49,251 bases of DNA from Nemertoderma westbladi (taxonomy: Eukaryota; Animalia; Xenacoelomorpha): contig JAUCBJ010008669.1 of the NCBI GenBank assembly GCA_032718475.1, forward strand, positions 1 through 49,251. The letters are read 5' to 3'. The position numbers and the translations under genes are program-made. Below, one piece after another: positions 1 through 11,430 of this stretch; position 1 is the stretch's first letter; the number at the start of each line of letters is the position of its first letter. The notes under the pieces were generated by a model. It saw nothing but the letters and a program-made list of their open reading frames with translations, was not told where the DNA came from and ran no database searches.

Positions 1-1722
1 GTTAAGCTCTGGAAGTGTAGGGGTCTCTAGCACAGAAGTGACTTTGGGAACAACAGGCCTAATTATTTCAGGTTCATCGACTATAGTAGGGAGTCTTTTG
101 ACCTGAATAAATTGTTCTATGGGTTCTGCACTACCTAAGTCTGTGCTAGTTAGCTGTCTTTTAACAGCTGGGGGCAAATCAGGCAATTTGCGACGGTAAT
201 ATGTTTTTCTACGCCTACTTAGATGAGATCTATTTCCTCCGCCTTCAGGATCGGTGGTCTCGCCTTCCTCCGAGGATGTGTATCCCTGGCGCTTGGGAGT
301 AGATTTTCTCATCATCTGCATTTGATTAGCAGTAAACTGTTTATTTATACTGTCTTGTGTCTCTTGCAGATTTTCCAACTCCAGTTGGGTAGTCTGCTCA
401 GAGGCTCTCCGTTCTGCTTCGGCCACTGCCCTTTCCGCCTTTGCTTCTGCCGCCGCTGCCCTTCCTTTTGCTTCTGCTTCTGCCGCTGCTGCCCTTGCTG
501 CTATTCTTTCTGCTTCTGCTTCTGCCATAGCCACCGCCATAGCCGCCGCCTTTTGTTCCTCTATCCTTCTTTTCTTTATTTGTTCTTCTCGGACTCTAGT
601 GAGGCGGAGTTTTTCATCACATTCAGCTTGGTTTGCAGCTAACATTTCGGCATCGATTGAGTCCAACACAAGCTTGGTTCCTTCACTATTAGGGGAAAGT
701 CCAGACAGCCGTCTCCTCAACTCTTCGTCTCCTAGGAATCGCTGATAGTCGGACAAATAAATGTCGATAGCGTCTCTAGTTCGCGGTTTCTCGGCGGCCT
801 CTTCGCTTTCCGCTTGAGCAAGGGTGACATCAGTTGGTTCTTCATAGGTTGATCTCTCAGCCAGCTGGGATTTCCACTGGGCCGTTTCCTGTACTTTGAG
901 ATCTACCCGATGTAGCCAAGTTTTGACAGCAACCTGCAGCGACGTGTCCTGTCTTCTTTTGGAAGTTTCCTCAAAGGCTGAGAGGATTAGTCGTATGCGT
1001 AGGGTTCTTTCGCGTATTTGATATAGCAGTTCTTCCTGCTCTTGAGGTCCGTGAGGTTGTCGAAACAGTTGTTCTTCCAATCGATCCAAGGATCCGAAGA
1101 ATCCCTGCACATATCCTGCTGCCGACCTCTTCCAAACAGCTGGATCCATTGTATCTTTAGCCACTCCCATCCTGTGTATATCTTCCCAAGTAGCCTCAGA
1201 CAGATCCAACGGGAGTCCGAGTCCGGGAAAGTTCCATTGTGATTCAACAATAGATATCAATTCTTCCCTGGCGTATCCCGCGTAATTGTCTTGGGTCGCT
1301 CGCTTATTCCTCGCCCAGTCGGCTTGATGTTCTTCAACCGCAATGAATATAGTAGTTAGCACTGCAGCAGGAAGGGTAAGAAGGGGGTCCGAGTAGACTG
1401 TAGCAGCCATCTGCACTCCGCCTTCGGGGGTCAGCTCTACAGTATCCGAACTGCTGGAGCTATCGGATCGCTGGGAAGTAGGTTCTTGACCAAGATGTTG
1501 CTGCGATAGGACAACTGCCTCTTGGTCCCGTTTTACCTGTGCCCGAGTGCCTATGATGGACCTATGGTGGACTAGCCTAGGGTCTGATACTACTGGAGGG
1601 ATGACCTTTTTTACAGTAGGAGGTGAGCCGAACTCCTTTCTTATTCGCTCCACACTCCTATCTGAATCACAGATAGTTGTATCGATCAGACTGTCTGACA
1701 GGTTTTGCTGAGTGTCAGACAT
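1..1722 (-). CDS. Gag-like/ORF1 protein of a putative LTR retrotransposon, 3'-partial (574 codons, runs off the window's left edge)
   Basis: Hand translation from the ATG at 1722 (MSDTQQNLSDSLIDTTICDSDRSVERIRKEF...) finds no stop down to base 1 (...TSVLETPTLPELN). It contains an Ala/Glu/Arg coiled-coil block (EAEAERIAARAAAAEAEAKGRAAAAEAKAERAVAEAERR). The ORF track omits it, presumably because there is no stop in the window. The gag call rests on its position downstream of a TG-starting repeat and a long leader; no capsid or CCHC motif is visible yet. Confidence 0.7.
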   Translation of the reverse strand, partial: MSDTQQNLSDSLIDTTICDSDRSVERIRKEFGSPPTVKKVIPPVVSDPRLVHHRSIIGTRAQVKRDQEAVVLSQQHLGQEPTSQRSDSSSSSDTVELTPEGGVQMAATVYSDPLLTLPAAVLTTIFIAVEEHQADWARNKRATQDNYAGYAREELISIVESQWNFPGLGLPLDLSEATWEDIHRMGVAKDTMDPAVWKRSAAGYVQGFFGSLDRLEEQLFRQPHGPQEQEELLYQIRERTLRIRLILSAFEETSKRRQDTSLQVAVKTWLHRVDLKVQETAQWKSQLAERSTYEEPTDVTLAQAESEEAAEKPRTRDAIDIYLSDYQRFLGDEELRRRLSGLSPNSEGTKLVLDSIDAEMLAANQAECDEKLRLTRVREEQIKKRRIEEQKAAAMAVAMAEAEAERIAARAAAAEAEAKGRAAAAEAKAERAVAEAERRASEQTTQLELENLQETQDSINKQFTANQMQMMRKSTPKRQGYTSSEEGETTDPEGGGNRSHLSRRRKTYYRRKLPDLPPAVKRQLTSTDLGSAEPIEQFIQVKRLPTIVDEPEIIRPVVPKVTSVLETPTLPELN

Positions 1723-4700
1723 GTTTAGTTATACAGTTGAATGTCTACTACTATAGTTTCAGTTAAAGCAAGTCTAGTAATTCAGTATGACCGCAAGCCT
1801 AGCGATTTATTACCGGTACCGTTACTCAGTGTAACGTGATATATATACAATATATTAGAATACCGGTATGCTTATAATATATATAAGTATTATTACAGAC
1901 TAGATTTGTCACAGAGTACCGGTATATAATTTTAGCACAAATATATATATATATATAGTAGGCCTATAGTGAATACCGGTATACAGCTTACACTTATAGT
2001 ATATAAGTATAATTATGAACTAGAATTAATTACAGAGTACCGGTATGATTTCAGCTCAAATTTATAGAAATAAATATAATAAGCCTATAGTAAGCACCGG
2101 TATGTCAATTATTTTTAGAATAATTGAATTCCTGAATATTTTAGGGTTACTTAGTTACTTTAACTTACTTTATTACCGTTATTTAAGCAGTAGTCCAACT
2201 GATAGTGAGACCTAGTTATTGTATGGCAGGCCTACTATTTATAAATCGTTTGATTTGATTTATAATATTTATATACCCGTTTATATGGGTTTTTGTCAAT
2301 ATTTGAAATAAATGTTATTATTTCTGGGGGAGTCACTACACAGAAGCTGAACGCCTCTCAGTGAAGTGCTATTTATTTGACACTAAAACTGATAATTCTA
2401 ATTTACCTAAGTTACTTAATACTACAAATTACTTACGATACTGATGAGATTAATTCTCTAATTAAACACAACAAAATATTACGTACGAAATTTTTAGGGT
2501 AATTTTACAGGGAACTACAAACCAGCCTAACAAAGGGTTAGAATTTCTGGTTATTACAACGGACAGGGTACTACGGTATTTGAAATAATAAGTAGTAAAT
2601 ATATTGTACTGTCCAGATAGGAAAATACCACCGCCTGACGACCTATAACCGTATCGCTATAGGTACTACGTTATGTATCACGGATTGTTCCTACCCAGAA
2701 GCTAATAGAGCTAACGAATGTGCCTATCAACCACTTTACAACACAAATATACTGCCTACACTAATTACTTCGGAAAGCACTGTACACTAAACCCTAAATT
2801 AGGTACAAGTACCGGTATAACAAATAATCAGTAGTTAAATATACTTGAACAGTTAAAAGAACCACGGCATCTGCTGGAGTGACCGAAGCACAAAATCTCC
2901 AGTCTTTACCTACGCCGAGCAGCCCTGATGTAGTACCGGGGTTAGTTTAACTATAACGGTATGTATAACAAGCACAATTACTGTAGGAATAAACTTGGGG
3001 ACATGAATGTTGCGAATAATCGCATAAACTCTGAATAATAAATATTACGCTACCCGTACAGAATACTCAAACAAAATACAAACTAAACGCTGGCAGACTA
3101 CTATCAAGCCTAAACAAACTACAGTATGTGCAGATTCTGAAACTGTTAGTTAGTATGCGTTCTAACACGGTAGTACGACTTACTCTTTAAGAGGGGATTG
3201 ACCTTACAGCTTATGGCTGCCCCAACTTACTAACGGCACTTTATCAGACCAACTCTACACACGCAGCAATCCCTTCAGACCTAAAAATAGCTAGACAACA
3301 ATCCAGCCTACAAATATTTGAGTAATAACTATTACGGTACCTGAACAGACCACACAAACAAACACAGGCTAAAACACTGGCAGACTACGATCAAGCCTAA
3401 ATAAACTACAGTATACCCTGCTAACCAGACACGCTACACGCTATTATACCAAACGTTTGTTTATATGCTTGAATCATGTTGATATGTTTTTTTTCTAAAC
3501 TTGTTTTAATCAACATGTTATTTTAACATCTAAATAACATAATATCCAATCATGTTATAATCAAACATTTGTTGATCACGTTTTTATGATACCTAAATGT
3601 AACATGTTTTATCATGTAATTATTTAACATTTGTTTTACACGTTATTGTGTAACATAAATCATACATGTTTATTCCAGCTGTTTGTTAAATGCTACTTTG
3701 TCGTGTTGAACAAACGTCCTGCACATCATTGCCAATATGTCTTAAGGCTGTTTGAATAAACCGCCTAAAATTTACCGCCAAATTCGTTTATAGGCCTATA
3801 AATCATGCAGCAGTGCATGCAGGACTGCAGTACATCAGTCAGTCAGTAGACACTCCACTGCCTGCCCCAGCCTACCAGCACCCACTCAGCCACATTCTGA
3901 GAGCTTGACAGTAGTGCTGCAGGTAGGCAGTGTGTAGGCCAGCTGTTTACTGGTTTAAGTGCTGCAATAGGGTTGACCATACTGCCATATGTTTGTTTAC
4001 TGCCGTATGCCTTGCCTATATTAACTGTTTAAGTTATTTTTAATTAAGCTTCATACTGCCTGACTGTCATATAAACTGATAAATCTTTTTATATTATACA
4101 TTATATGTTATAGGCCTACATACAGACATAACATATATAATACATAATACTGTAATATATGTCATATACATTATATATTATTTATGTACATTACTGCATT
4201 ATATCATGTATATAGGCCTAGCAGCCTAGCCTAATTGTATTGTAATACCAGAATACAGTAATATGTCTGTATGTAATGCAGTCAGGCAGTGCAGTGCCAG
4301 TAATTCGATGACGACGACAGTTTAGATTGGGCTCTGTCTTCCTGGCGCTGGTTGGTCGAAACAACAGGCAAGCGGCAAGGGCTGCACTGGCAGACTGGCT
4401 GACTGGAAAAATATTATGGCCTCCTCGAAATGCCGGCCTACTACCGGTACAGCGGTACGTTGGAAAGAATTTTCGAATCCAGATCTTCATTCAACTGTCA
4501 AGTTGACCCACATTTAATGCGAAGGTTCTTCACTTAACAGGTTTGTATTGAACTTGAATAGGCTTCTTACACATTATTACGTTATTTCAGTGATTCAAGT
4601 GATTAAAATCCTAATCCTGTAATCTATTTGGATCAAATAGAGGGAAAAAGCGCCGGCGGTCGGAAGTTAATTACACATGCCAGCATGCGGTCCCAGGCAG

Positions 4701-5367
4701 CCAGCTAAAGATACGCATCAGATTCTGGCGATGAGGTTATTATTTTACTTACTACTACTGTACTAGGCCTTGCTGTTAGGTTAGGCCCACTTGGTACTTT
4801 GGGCCGTTTATAAATCGTCAGATCGTGCATATGCTTAAACTGTAATTTAAAATAAAACATGCCTTACTCTGGCTATCTATGGTAGGTAAGTAAATGTTTG
4901 CTTTATTTTTTACTCATTTCCTCTTTATAAACCAGTCCCCAGTGCAGTGGTAATGTGAAACAGTCTGTGATGGGTTGTGGTGACTTGTGCACGTTGATCT
5001 AATTGCTCCAATGCTATACACTATATGTATATATATTATTATCATTTTAGGTGGAATATATGAGCGACAATGAATCCAATCATGTTTCCAATACGATACT
5101 CACACTGATTACCCAGACAACTAACAATACGTTGATCATTGATACTCAGAGGTGAGTTGTGATACCGCCTCTCCCTCTATCTACAACCTAACCCTATTCT
5201 AAGACAACACTAAACTCTAGACTTACCTAACCAAACCCTTTCACCAAGCTACCACTATATATCCCATGGCGATATTTTCTCGAAATATTTTCCAGTCTCG
5301 ATGTTTTATATATCGAGACGCTTTTTTATACTTTTGGAAGCAGAGACAGAAGTTGGGCGAGACAGAA

Positions 5368-7654
5368 GTCACAGCCACTCAAAGCTATGTTACAACCACT
5401 CAATGCTATGTCACAGCCACTCAACGCTATCTCACAGGCGCTCAATGCCATGTCACAGCCACTCAATGCAATGTCACAACCACTCAATGCTATGTCACAG
5501 CCGCTCAATGCTATGTCACAGCCGCTCAATGCTATGTCACAGCCACTCAACGCTATGTCACAGCCAATCAACGCTAGCCACCCAACGCTATGTCACATCC
5601 AATCAACGCTATGTCACAGCCACTCAATGATATGTTACAGCCGCTCAATGCTTTGTCACAGCCACTCAAAGCTATGTCACAGCCACTCAACGCTATGTCA
5701 CAGCCAATCAACGCTATGTCACAGCCACTCAATGCTATGCCACAGCCACCCAACGCTATGTCACAGCCGCTCAATGCTATGTCACAGCCGCTCAATACGT
5801 CACAGCCGCTCAATGCTTTGTCACAGCCACTCAAAGCTATGTCACAGCCACTCAACGCTATGTCACAGTTACTCAACGCTATGTCACAGCCACTCAACGC
5901 TATGTCACAGCCAAGCAACGCTAGCCACCCAACGCTATGTCACAGCCAATCAACGCTATGTCACAGCCACTCAATGATATGTCACAGCCGCTCAATGCTT
6001 TGTCACAGCCACTCAAAGCTATGTCACAGCCAAGCCACTCAACGCTATGTCACAGCCAATCAACGCTATGTCACAGCCACTCAATGCTATGCCACAGCCA
6101 CCCAACGCTATGTCACAGCCGCTCAATGCTATGTCACAGCCACTCAACGCTATGTCACAGCCAATCAACGCTAGCCACCCAACGCTATGTCACAGCCAAT
6201 CAACGCTATGTCACAGCCACTCAATGATATGTCACAGCCGCTCAATGCTTTGTCACAGCCACTCAAAGCTATGTCACAGCCACTCAAAGCTATGTCACAG
6301 CCACTCAAAGCTATGTCACAGCCACTCAACGCTATGTCACAGCCAATCAACGCTATGTCACAGCCACTCAATGCTATGCCACAGCCACCCAACGCTATGT
6401 CACAGCCGTTCAATGCTATGTCACAGCCGCTCAATGCGTCACAGCCGCTCAATGCTTTGTCACAGCCACTCAAAGCTATGTCACAGCCACTCAACGCTAT
6501 GTCACAGTTACTCAACGCTATGTCACAGCCACTCAACGCTATGTCACAGCCAATCAACGCTAGCCACCCAACGCTATGTCACAGCTAATCAACGCTATGC
6601 CACAGCCACTCAATGCTATGCCACAGCCACCCAACGCTATGTCACAGTCACCCAACGCTGGCCACCCATCGCTGGCCACCCAACGCTGTGTCACAGTCAC
6701 CCAACGCTATGTCACAGCCACTCAATGCTATGCCACAGCCACCCAACGCTATGTCACAGCCGCTCAATGCTATGTCACAGCCGCTCAATGCGTCACAGCC
6801 GCTCAATGCTTTGTCACAGCCACTCAAAGCTATGTCACAGCCACTCAACGCTATGTCACAGTTACTCAACGCTATGTCACAGCCACTCAACGCTATGTCA
6901 CAGCCAATCAACGCTAGCCACCCAACGCTATGTCACAGCCAATCAACGCTATGTCACAGCCACTCAATGATATGTCACAGCCGCTCAATGCTTTGTCACA
7001 GCCACTCAAAGCTATGTCACAGCCAAGCCACTCAACGCTATGTCACAGCCAATCAACGCTATGTCACAGCCGCTCAATGCTATGTCACAGCCGCTCAATG
7101 CGTCACAGCCGCTCAATGCTTTGTCACAGCCACTCAAAGCTATGTCACAGCCACTCAACGCTATGTCACAGTTACTCAACGCTATGTCACAGCCGCTCAA
7201 TGCGTCACAGCCGCTCAATGCTTTGTCACAGCCACTCAAAGCTATGTCACAGCCAAGCCACTCAACGCTATGTCACAGCCAATCAACGCTATGTCACAGC
7301 CGCTCAATGCTATGTCACAGCCGCTCAATGCGTCACAGCCGCTCAATGCTTTGTCACAGCCACTCAAAGCTATGTCACAGCCACTCAACGCTATGTCACA
7401 GTTACTCAACGCTATGTCACAGCCACTCAACGCTATGTCACAGCCAATCAACGCTAGCCACCCAACGCTATGTCACAGCTAATCAACGCTATGCCACAGC
7501 CACTCAATGCTATGCCACAGCCACCCAACGCTATGTCACAGTCACCCAACGCTGGCCACCAATCGCTGGCCACACAACGCTGTGTCACAGTCACCCAACG
7601 CTGGCCACCCATCGCTGGCCACCCAACGCTATGTCACAGCGACAGCCACTCAAC
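5368..7654. repeat. 21-bp satellite array (consensus GTCACAGCCACTCAACGCTAT), about 2.3 kb, with higher-order structure
   Basis: Directly visible tandem units, including recurring 18-bp and 14-bp deletion variants. Confidence 0.97.
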
Positions 7655-7820
7655 AATTCCCCATTTATTTTTATTTAGGTTTACATCTAGTAGATAATTT
7701 ATTGTAGATGATGAAGTCTTAGTCTAATATAATCGTAGTCCGAGCCTTATATTTTTTTAACACATAAATAAATTAATTTTCCAGATCCAAGATACGGGAA
7801 AAGTTATTCCACTTTGCTAG

Positions 7821-8481
7821 CGACGGATATCCTTGGTGGAACGGACTCCGGATTCAGTGATATCGACGGATCCTTGGTGGAACGGACTCCGGATTCAGTG
7901 ATATCGACAGATCCTTGGCGGAACGGACTCCGGATTCAGTGATATCGACAGATCCTTGGCGGAACGGACTCCGGATTCAGTGCTATCGACGGATCCTTGG
8001 CGGAACGAACTCCGGATTCAGTGATATCGACGGATCCTTGGTGGAACGGACTCCGGATTCAGTGATATCGACAGATCCTTGGCGGAACGGACTCCGGATT
8101 CAGTGATATCGACGGATCCTTGGCGGAACGGACTCCGGATTCAGTGATATCGACGGATCCTTGGCGGAACGGACTCCGGATTCAGTGATATCGACGGATC
8201 CTTGGCGGAACGGACTCCGGATTCAGTGATATCGACGGATCCTTGGCGGAACGGACTCCGGATTCAGTGATATCGACGGATCCTTGGCGGAACGGACTCC
8301 GGATTCAGTGATATCGACGGATCCTTGGCGGAACGGACTCCGGATTCAGTGATATCGACGGATCCTTGGCGGAACGGACTCCGGATTCAGTGATATCGAC
8401 GGATCCTTGGCGGAACGGACTCCGGATTCAGTGATATCGACAGATCCTTGGCGGAACGGACTCCGGATTCAGTGATATCGA
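7821..8481. repeat. 41-bp tandem array, 16 copies (GACGGATCCTTGGCGGAACGGACTCCGGATTCAGTGATATC)
   Basis: The GATATC position recurs every 41 bp from 7859 to 8474 (one variant copy). Units are head-to-tail without spacers. Confidence 0.97.
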
Positions 8482-8629
8482 TGCGGCTGAAACTGAATGA
8501 TCAATGTAACTGAAAACTCCCCGTGACGTCCCAACATTGTTGTTTTAATTGTAATTTGTTTTATCGTAAATGTTAATTGTTGTCTATTTTACAATGTATT
8601 GCCCCGGGGTGGGTGGGTGGGTGGGGGGG

Positions 8630-8857
8630 GGGGGGAACTGGACGCAATAAAAATTCATCCCTCTCCAGGGGAAATTCGACGCAAATAACAGATGATTTCT
8701 CTCAAAAATAAAACTGTAACCTAATCTATTGTGCTTAGTTTATTGTTTTGGTTAAAATAATGTGCCACTGTAACCTGCTCCTTTCCCTAAATTGAGAATT
8801 TAACATTGAGGCGGGATATTAATTCGCCAAGATGAGATTTGCGTCCAGTTACCCCCC
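8630..8857. mobile_element. Small MITE nested in the CACTA-like element
   Basis: TIR GGGGGGAACTGGACGCA / TGCGTCCAGTTACCCCCC. Its right end (GGCGGGATATTAATTCGCCAAGATG..TTTGCGTCCAG) recurs at about 29386-29440. Confidence 0.6.
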
Positions 8858-8959
8858 TTGTCTCCAATTTTGGAACATTGAAGTGAACAGGGAAATTTTT
8901 GCAACTATTTATTATATTTCAATATTGGATAATAATTTCCTTTGTGCTCTGATGGATAG

Positions 8960-9097
8960 CCCATAAAATTTTAGGAAAAGTCACAGAATCTCGGTTTTCA
9001 CAACATATCTGTTTCAAAGATACAGATTAATTTCAAAAAAATTTAAATGACCCTCACCCCCCCCCCCCCCCCCCCCCCCCAGGCCAAATAGCGTTAA
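8960..9097. mobile_element. Right end of a TTAA-specific (piggyBac-like) non-autonomous element
   Basis: Poly-C run followed by AGGCCAAATAGCG-TTAA. No matching left end was found. Confidence 0.3.
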
Positions 9098-10271
9098 AGA
9101 AGGCTGCGGTTGGTCTATATTATTACAGTTCAAATGGAATTTTGTTTCATTTTTGTATATACAGTACAATTTTACTTAAAGTTTGTGCAATGCAGTTCAT
9201 TTGTTTAATAGGTGTTGTTGTTATTGTGAACAATAACACTAGTTTTTAGGTGGTTAAGTTGTGCTGTACTGGCTACTACTACCTTGTGCTTAATAATATT
9301 CATGTTTTACACATAAATTATCTTCTTAATTCGAACAATTGCATACCATGAGAACAATCCGGTGGTCGAATCAATGGATGACCAAATTAGTGTAGAGAAT
9401 AACGATTTACAACGTTTAAAACAAACGTTTTCTTTGCATTAAAAAAACGTATATTTCCAAGCAATTTCGAAAGAACCGACGCATGATTCACGTTAGTTAC
9501 ACATGCTAGACACACGTTTAATTCAAACGTCATAAAGAACCGGCGATTGGGTAACGTTTGTTTCATGCTATTTACACGTTTACTTCTAAACGTTTATTAC
9601 ATGCCACCCGCTTGGACAAAATAACATGAAAATTACCTATTTCTGGACGTGTCGCAAACGTTTTTTCAAACGTTTGCCATGTTCAATAAAAATGTGATAT
9701 AAACGTTAAAATAACATGCAATTGTTATCAGGGTATGCAGACTCTGAAACTGTTAGTTAGTATGCGTTCTAACACGGTAGTACGACTTATTCTTTAAGAG
9801 GGGATTGACCTTACCGCATATGGCTGCCCCAACTTACTAACGGCACTTTATCAGACAAACTCTACACACGCCGTAATCTCTCCAAACTCAACAACAGTCA
9901 GACAGCAGCTCAGCCTACAATTATCTGAACAATCTGAGCAGGGTCACACGCCTTCTGCTCAATATTAGCCTACTAGGAAATAAAACCGACAGAAATAGGT
10001 AAAATCTCAATAAAAATTCAGGGCTGCAGTCCCTGATTAAGTACTAAGACCTACCAGTATACAATAATCAAAATCGAATAATACTAAATGTACTTGTACA
10101 GCAGTACTGGTACCGGTGATGACAGTTAGGCCTACTGACCTACAGAAGTACCGGTTCAGTTTTACCAGTCACTACGGTATTTTGCAACCTTATTGCCTAC
10201 TGCAATAAGATTATAAACTGTTACTGTTCGCGCTTTTGAAGACCTTTAGCAGTTTAACCTGCCAAAATTTA

Positions 10272-11430
10272 TGTCTTTTAGTTAATTAAAACACCTTTAG
10301 CATACGACAGTATTTTATGCTAATAAACAAAACATTACCCGAAGTCAGCCCATGCGCGATCATTCACCCGATGGATCTACACCCGGGAGGCTGAATTCGG
10401 CTGCTTAAATTGTATTATTGCAGTGTAAGGTTGCAGCGTAAACTTACTGTATTATTCGATAGATCGTTAATAATTAATCTCTGACAGATATTATTGGCTT
10501 TCGGGAAATATTAACAGTTCCTTTAGGACGTGGCGCTTTATCTATTTAAACAGAACTAAGACTTATACTAAAACGCAACGATACCGCTTATGATTAAAGT
10601 ATAAAGCGTATTCTTTAGGAAATACTTTGTTACCAATCACAATCATACACACTATTCTGCCGACCGTCAGTATATTTGATCACACATAAAGAGAGCAGCA
10701 ATTGACTCATGTAGGGTCTGCTAAATAACATTAGATTTAATACACACCACATTAATATAAATCGCAATTGTTATGTATAACCGGTCTCTCTAACCTGTAG
10801 TGTATCAAGAAAATTGGGAAATTTGGGTGATTTATCCGTATTATCCAAAGAGCAATATTTCCATCAACAAATAGGTACAATTAATAACTGACAGTAAATA
10901 ACAGTACAAACAATATGATTAATAGTGAGTTAAGATTGATTAGTTAAGTAAGTGAGTAGGTTTGTTAAGTTAGGTAACAGTTTATACTTTCGATAATTTA
11001 AGCAGTTTTACTAGAGTTCTTCCCAAAAAGCCGGTGTTATGGCGAAAATGGGAACACAACAACAGAATCATATAAAATCATATGACTACTACCACTATAC
11101 GAGTATACCAAAAACTCTTATTCCCCGAAGCTCCCGTCCAACACAGAGGATGAGCAGTGAGATAGGAAATTCAGTTCAGTAGCCCTGGGATAGGTCGAAA
11201 TTAACGCCCACTCAAATTCTATTGGCCGATACGGACAGCAAGGCTAAAGCAACCTCTCTAAGCTAGTTGGCCGATTAAACTGAGCCCAGATATCTCCACA
11301 CAGCACTTCAGCCAATAAGCTGGTAGCTTGCACTATTTTAGTTATAAATCTCTTTGAGAGTATTCTAGCGACTGGGGGGGAACTGGCCAGCAAAGGCAAA
11401 CGTATCAGTTATCCCACAAAAGCTTTTACA
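10272..11430 (-). repeat. Putative 5' LTR of copy A (about 1.16 kb)
   Basis: TGT start at 11430. The candidate end ...AAGACA is followed after a short spacer by TGGCAGGTTAAAC in both copies (1159 bp here, 1165 bp at 23704-24868). The 3' boundary is tentative because there is no second LTR in the window and the PBS was not matched to a tRNA. Confidence 0.4.

Larger units (their letters stand above)
3416..9733. mobile_element. Non-autonomous CACTA/EnSpm (CMC)-like DNA transposon, 6318 bp
   Basis: Termini are CCCTGCTAACCA...TTGTTATCAGGG, with TA duplicated on both sides (3414-3415, 9734-9735). Removing the element restores ACTACAGTATATGCAGACTCTG, matching the uninterrupted homologues near 3118 and 25381. 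Dense AAACGTT/AACATG subterminal motifs occur at both ends. No transposase is seen. Confidence 0.8.
1..11430 (-). mobile_element. LTR-type retroelement copy A (5' LTR, long leader, gag-like ORF), interrupted by the 3416-9733 insertion
   Basis: The minus strand starts TGTAAAAGCTTTTGTGGGATAAC at 11430, exactly where an RTE LINE reading frame is cut. Segments 1800-3415 and 9734-11040 align in inverted orientation with 24065-26760, whose element starts TGTAAAGGCTTTTGCGGATATAAC at 23704. Confidence 0.7.

Noticed and set aside
223-642. 139-aa Cys/Phe-rich plus-strand ORF
   Set aside because: It is the antisense shadow of the coiled-coil part of the long minus-strand ORF.
5266-7707. Many overlapping ORFs (MSQPLNA, LCHSHST, GCDIALS repeats)
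   Set aside because: These are translations of a 21-bp satellite. They are open in several frames on both strands and broken by non-triplet deletions, with no unique coding flanks.
7821-8481. CRISPR-like appearance of the 41-bp array
   Set aside because: The units are contiguous with no unique spacers, there are no cas genes, and the context is eukaryotic.
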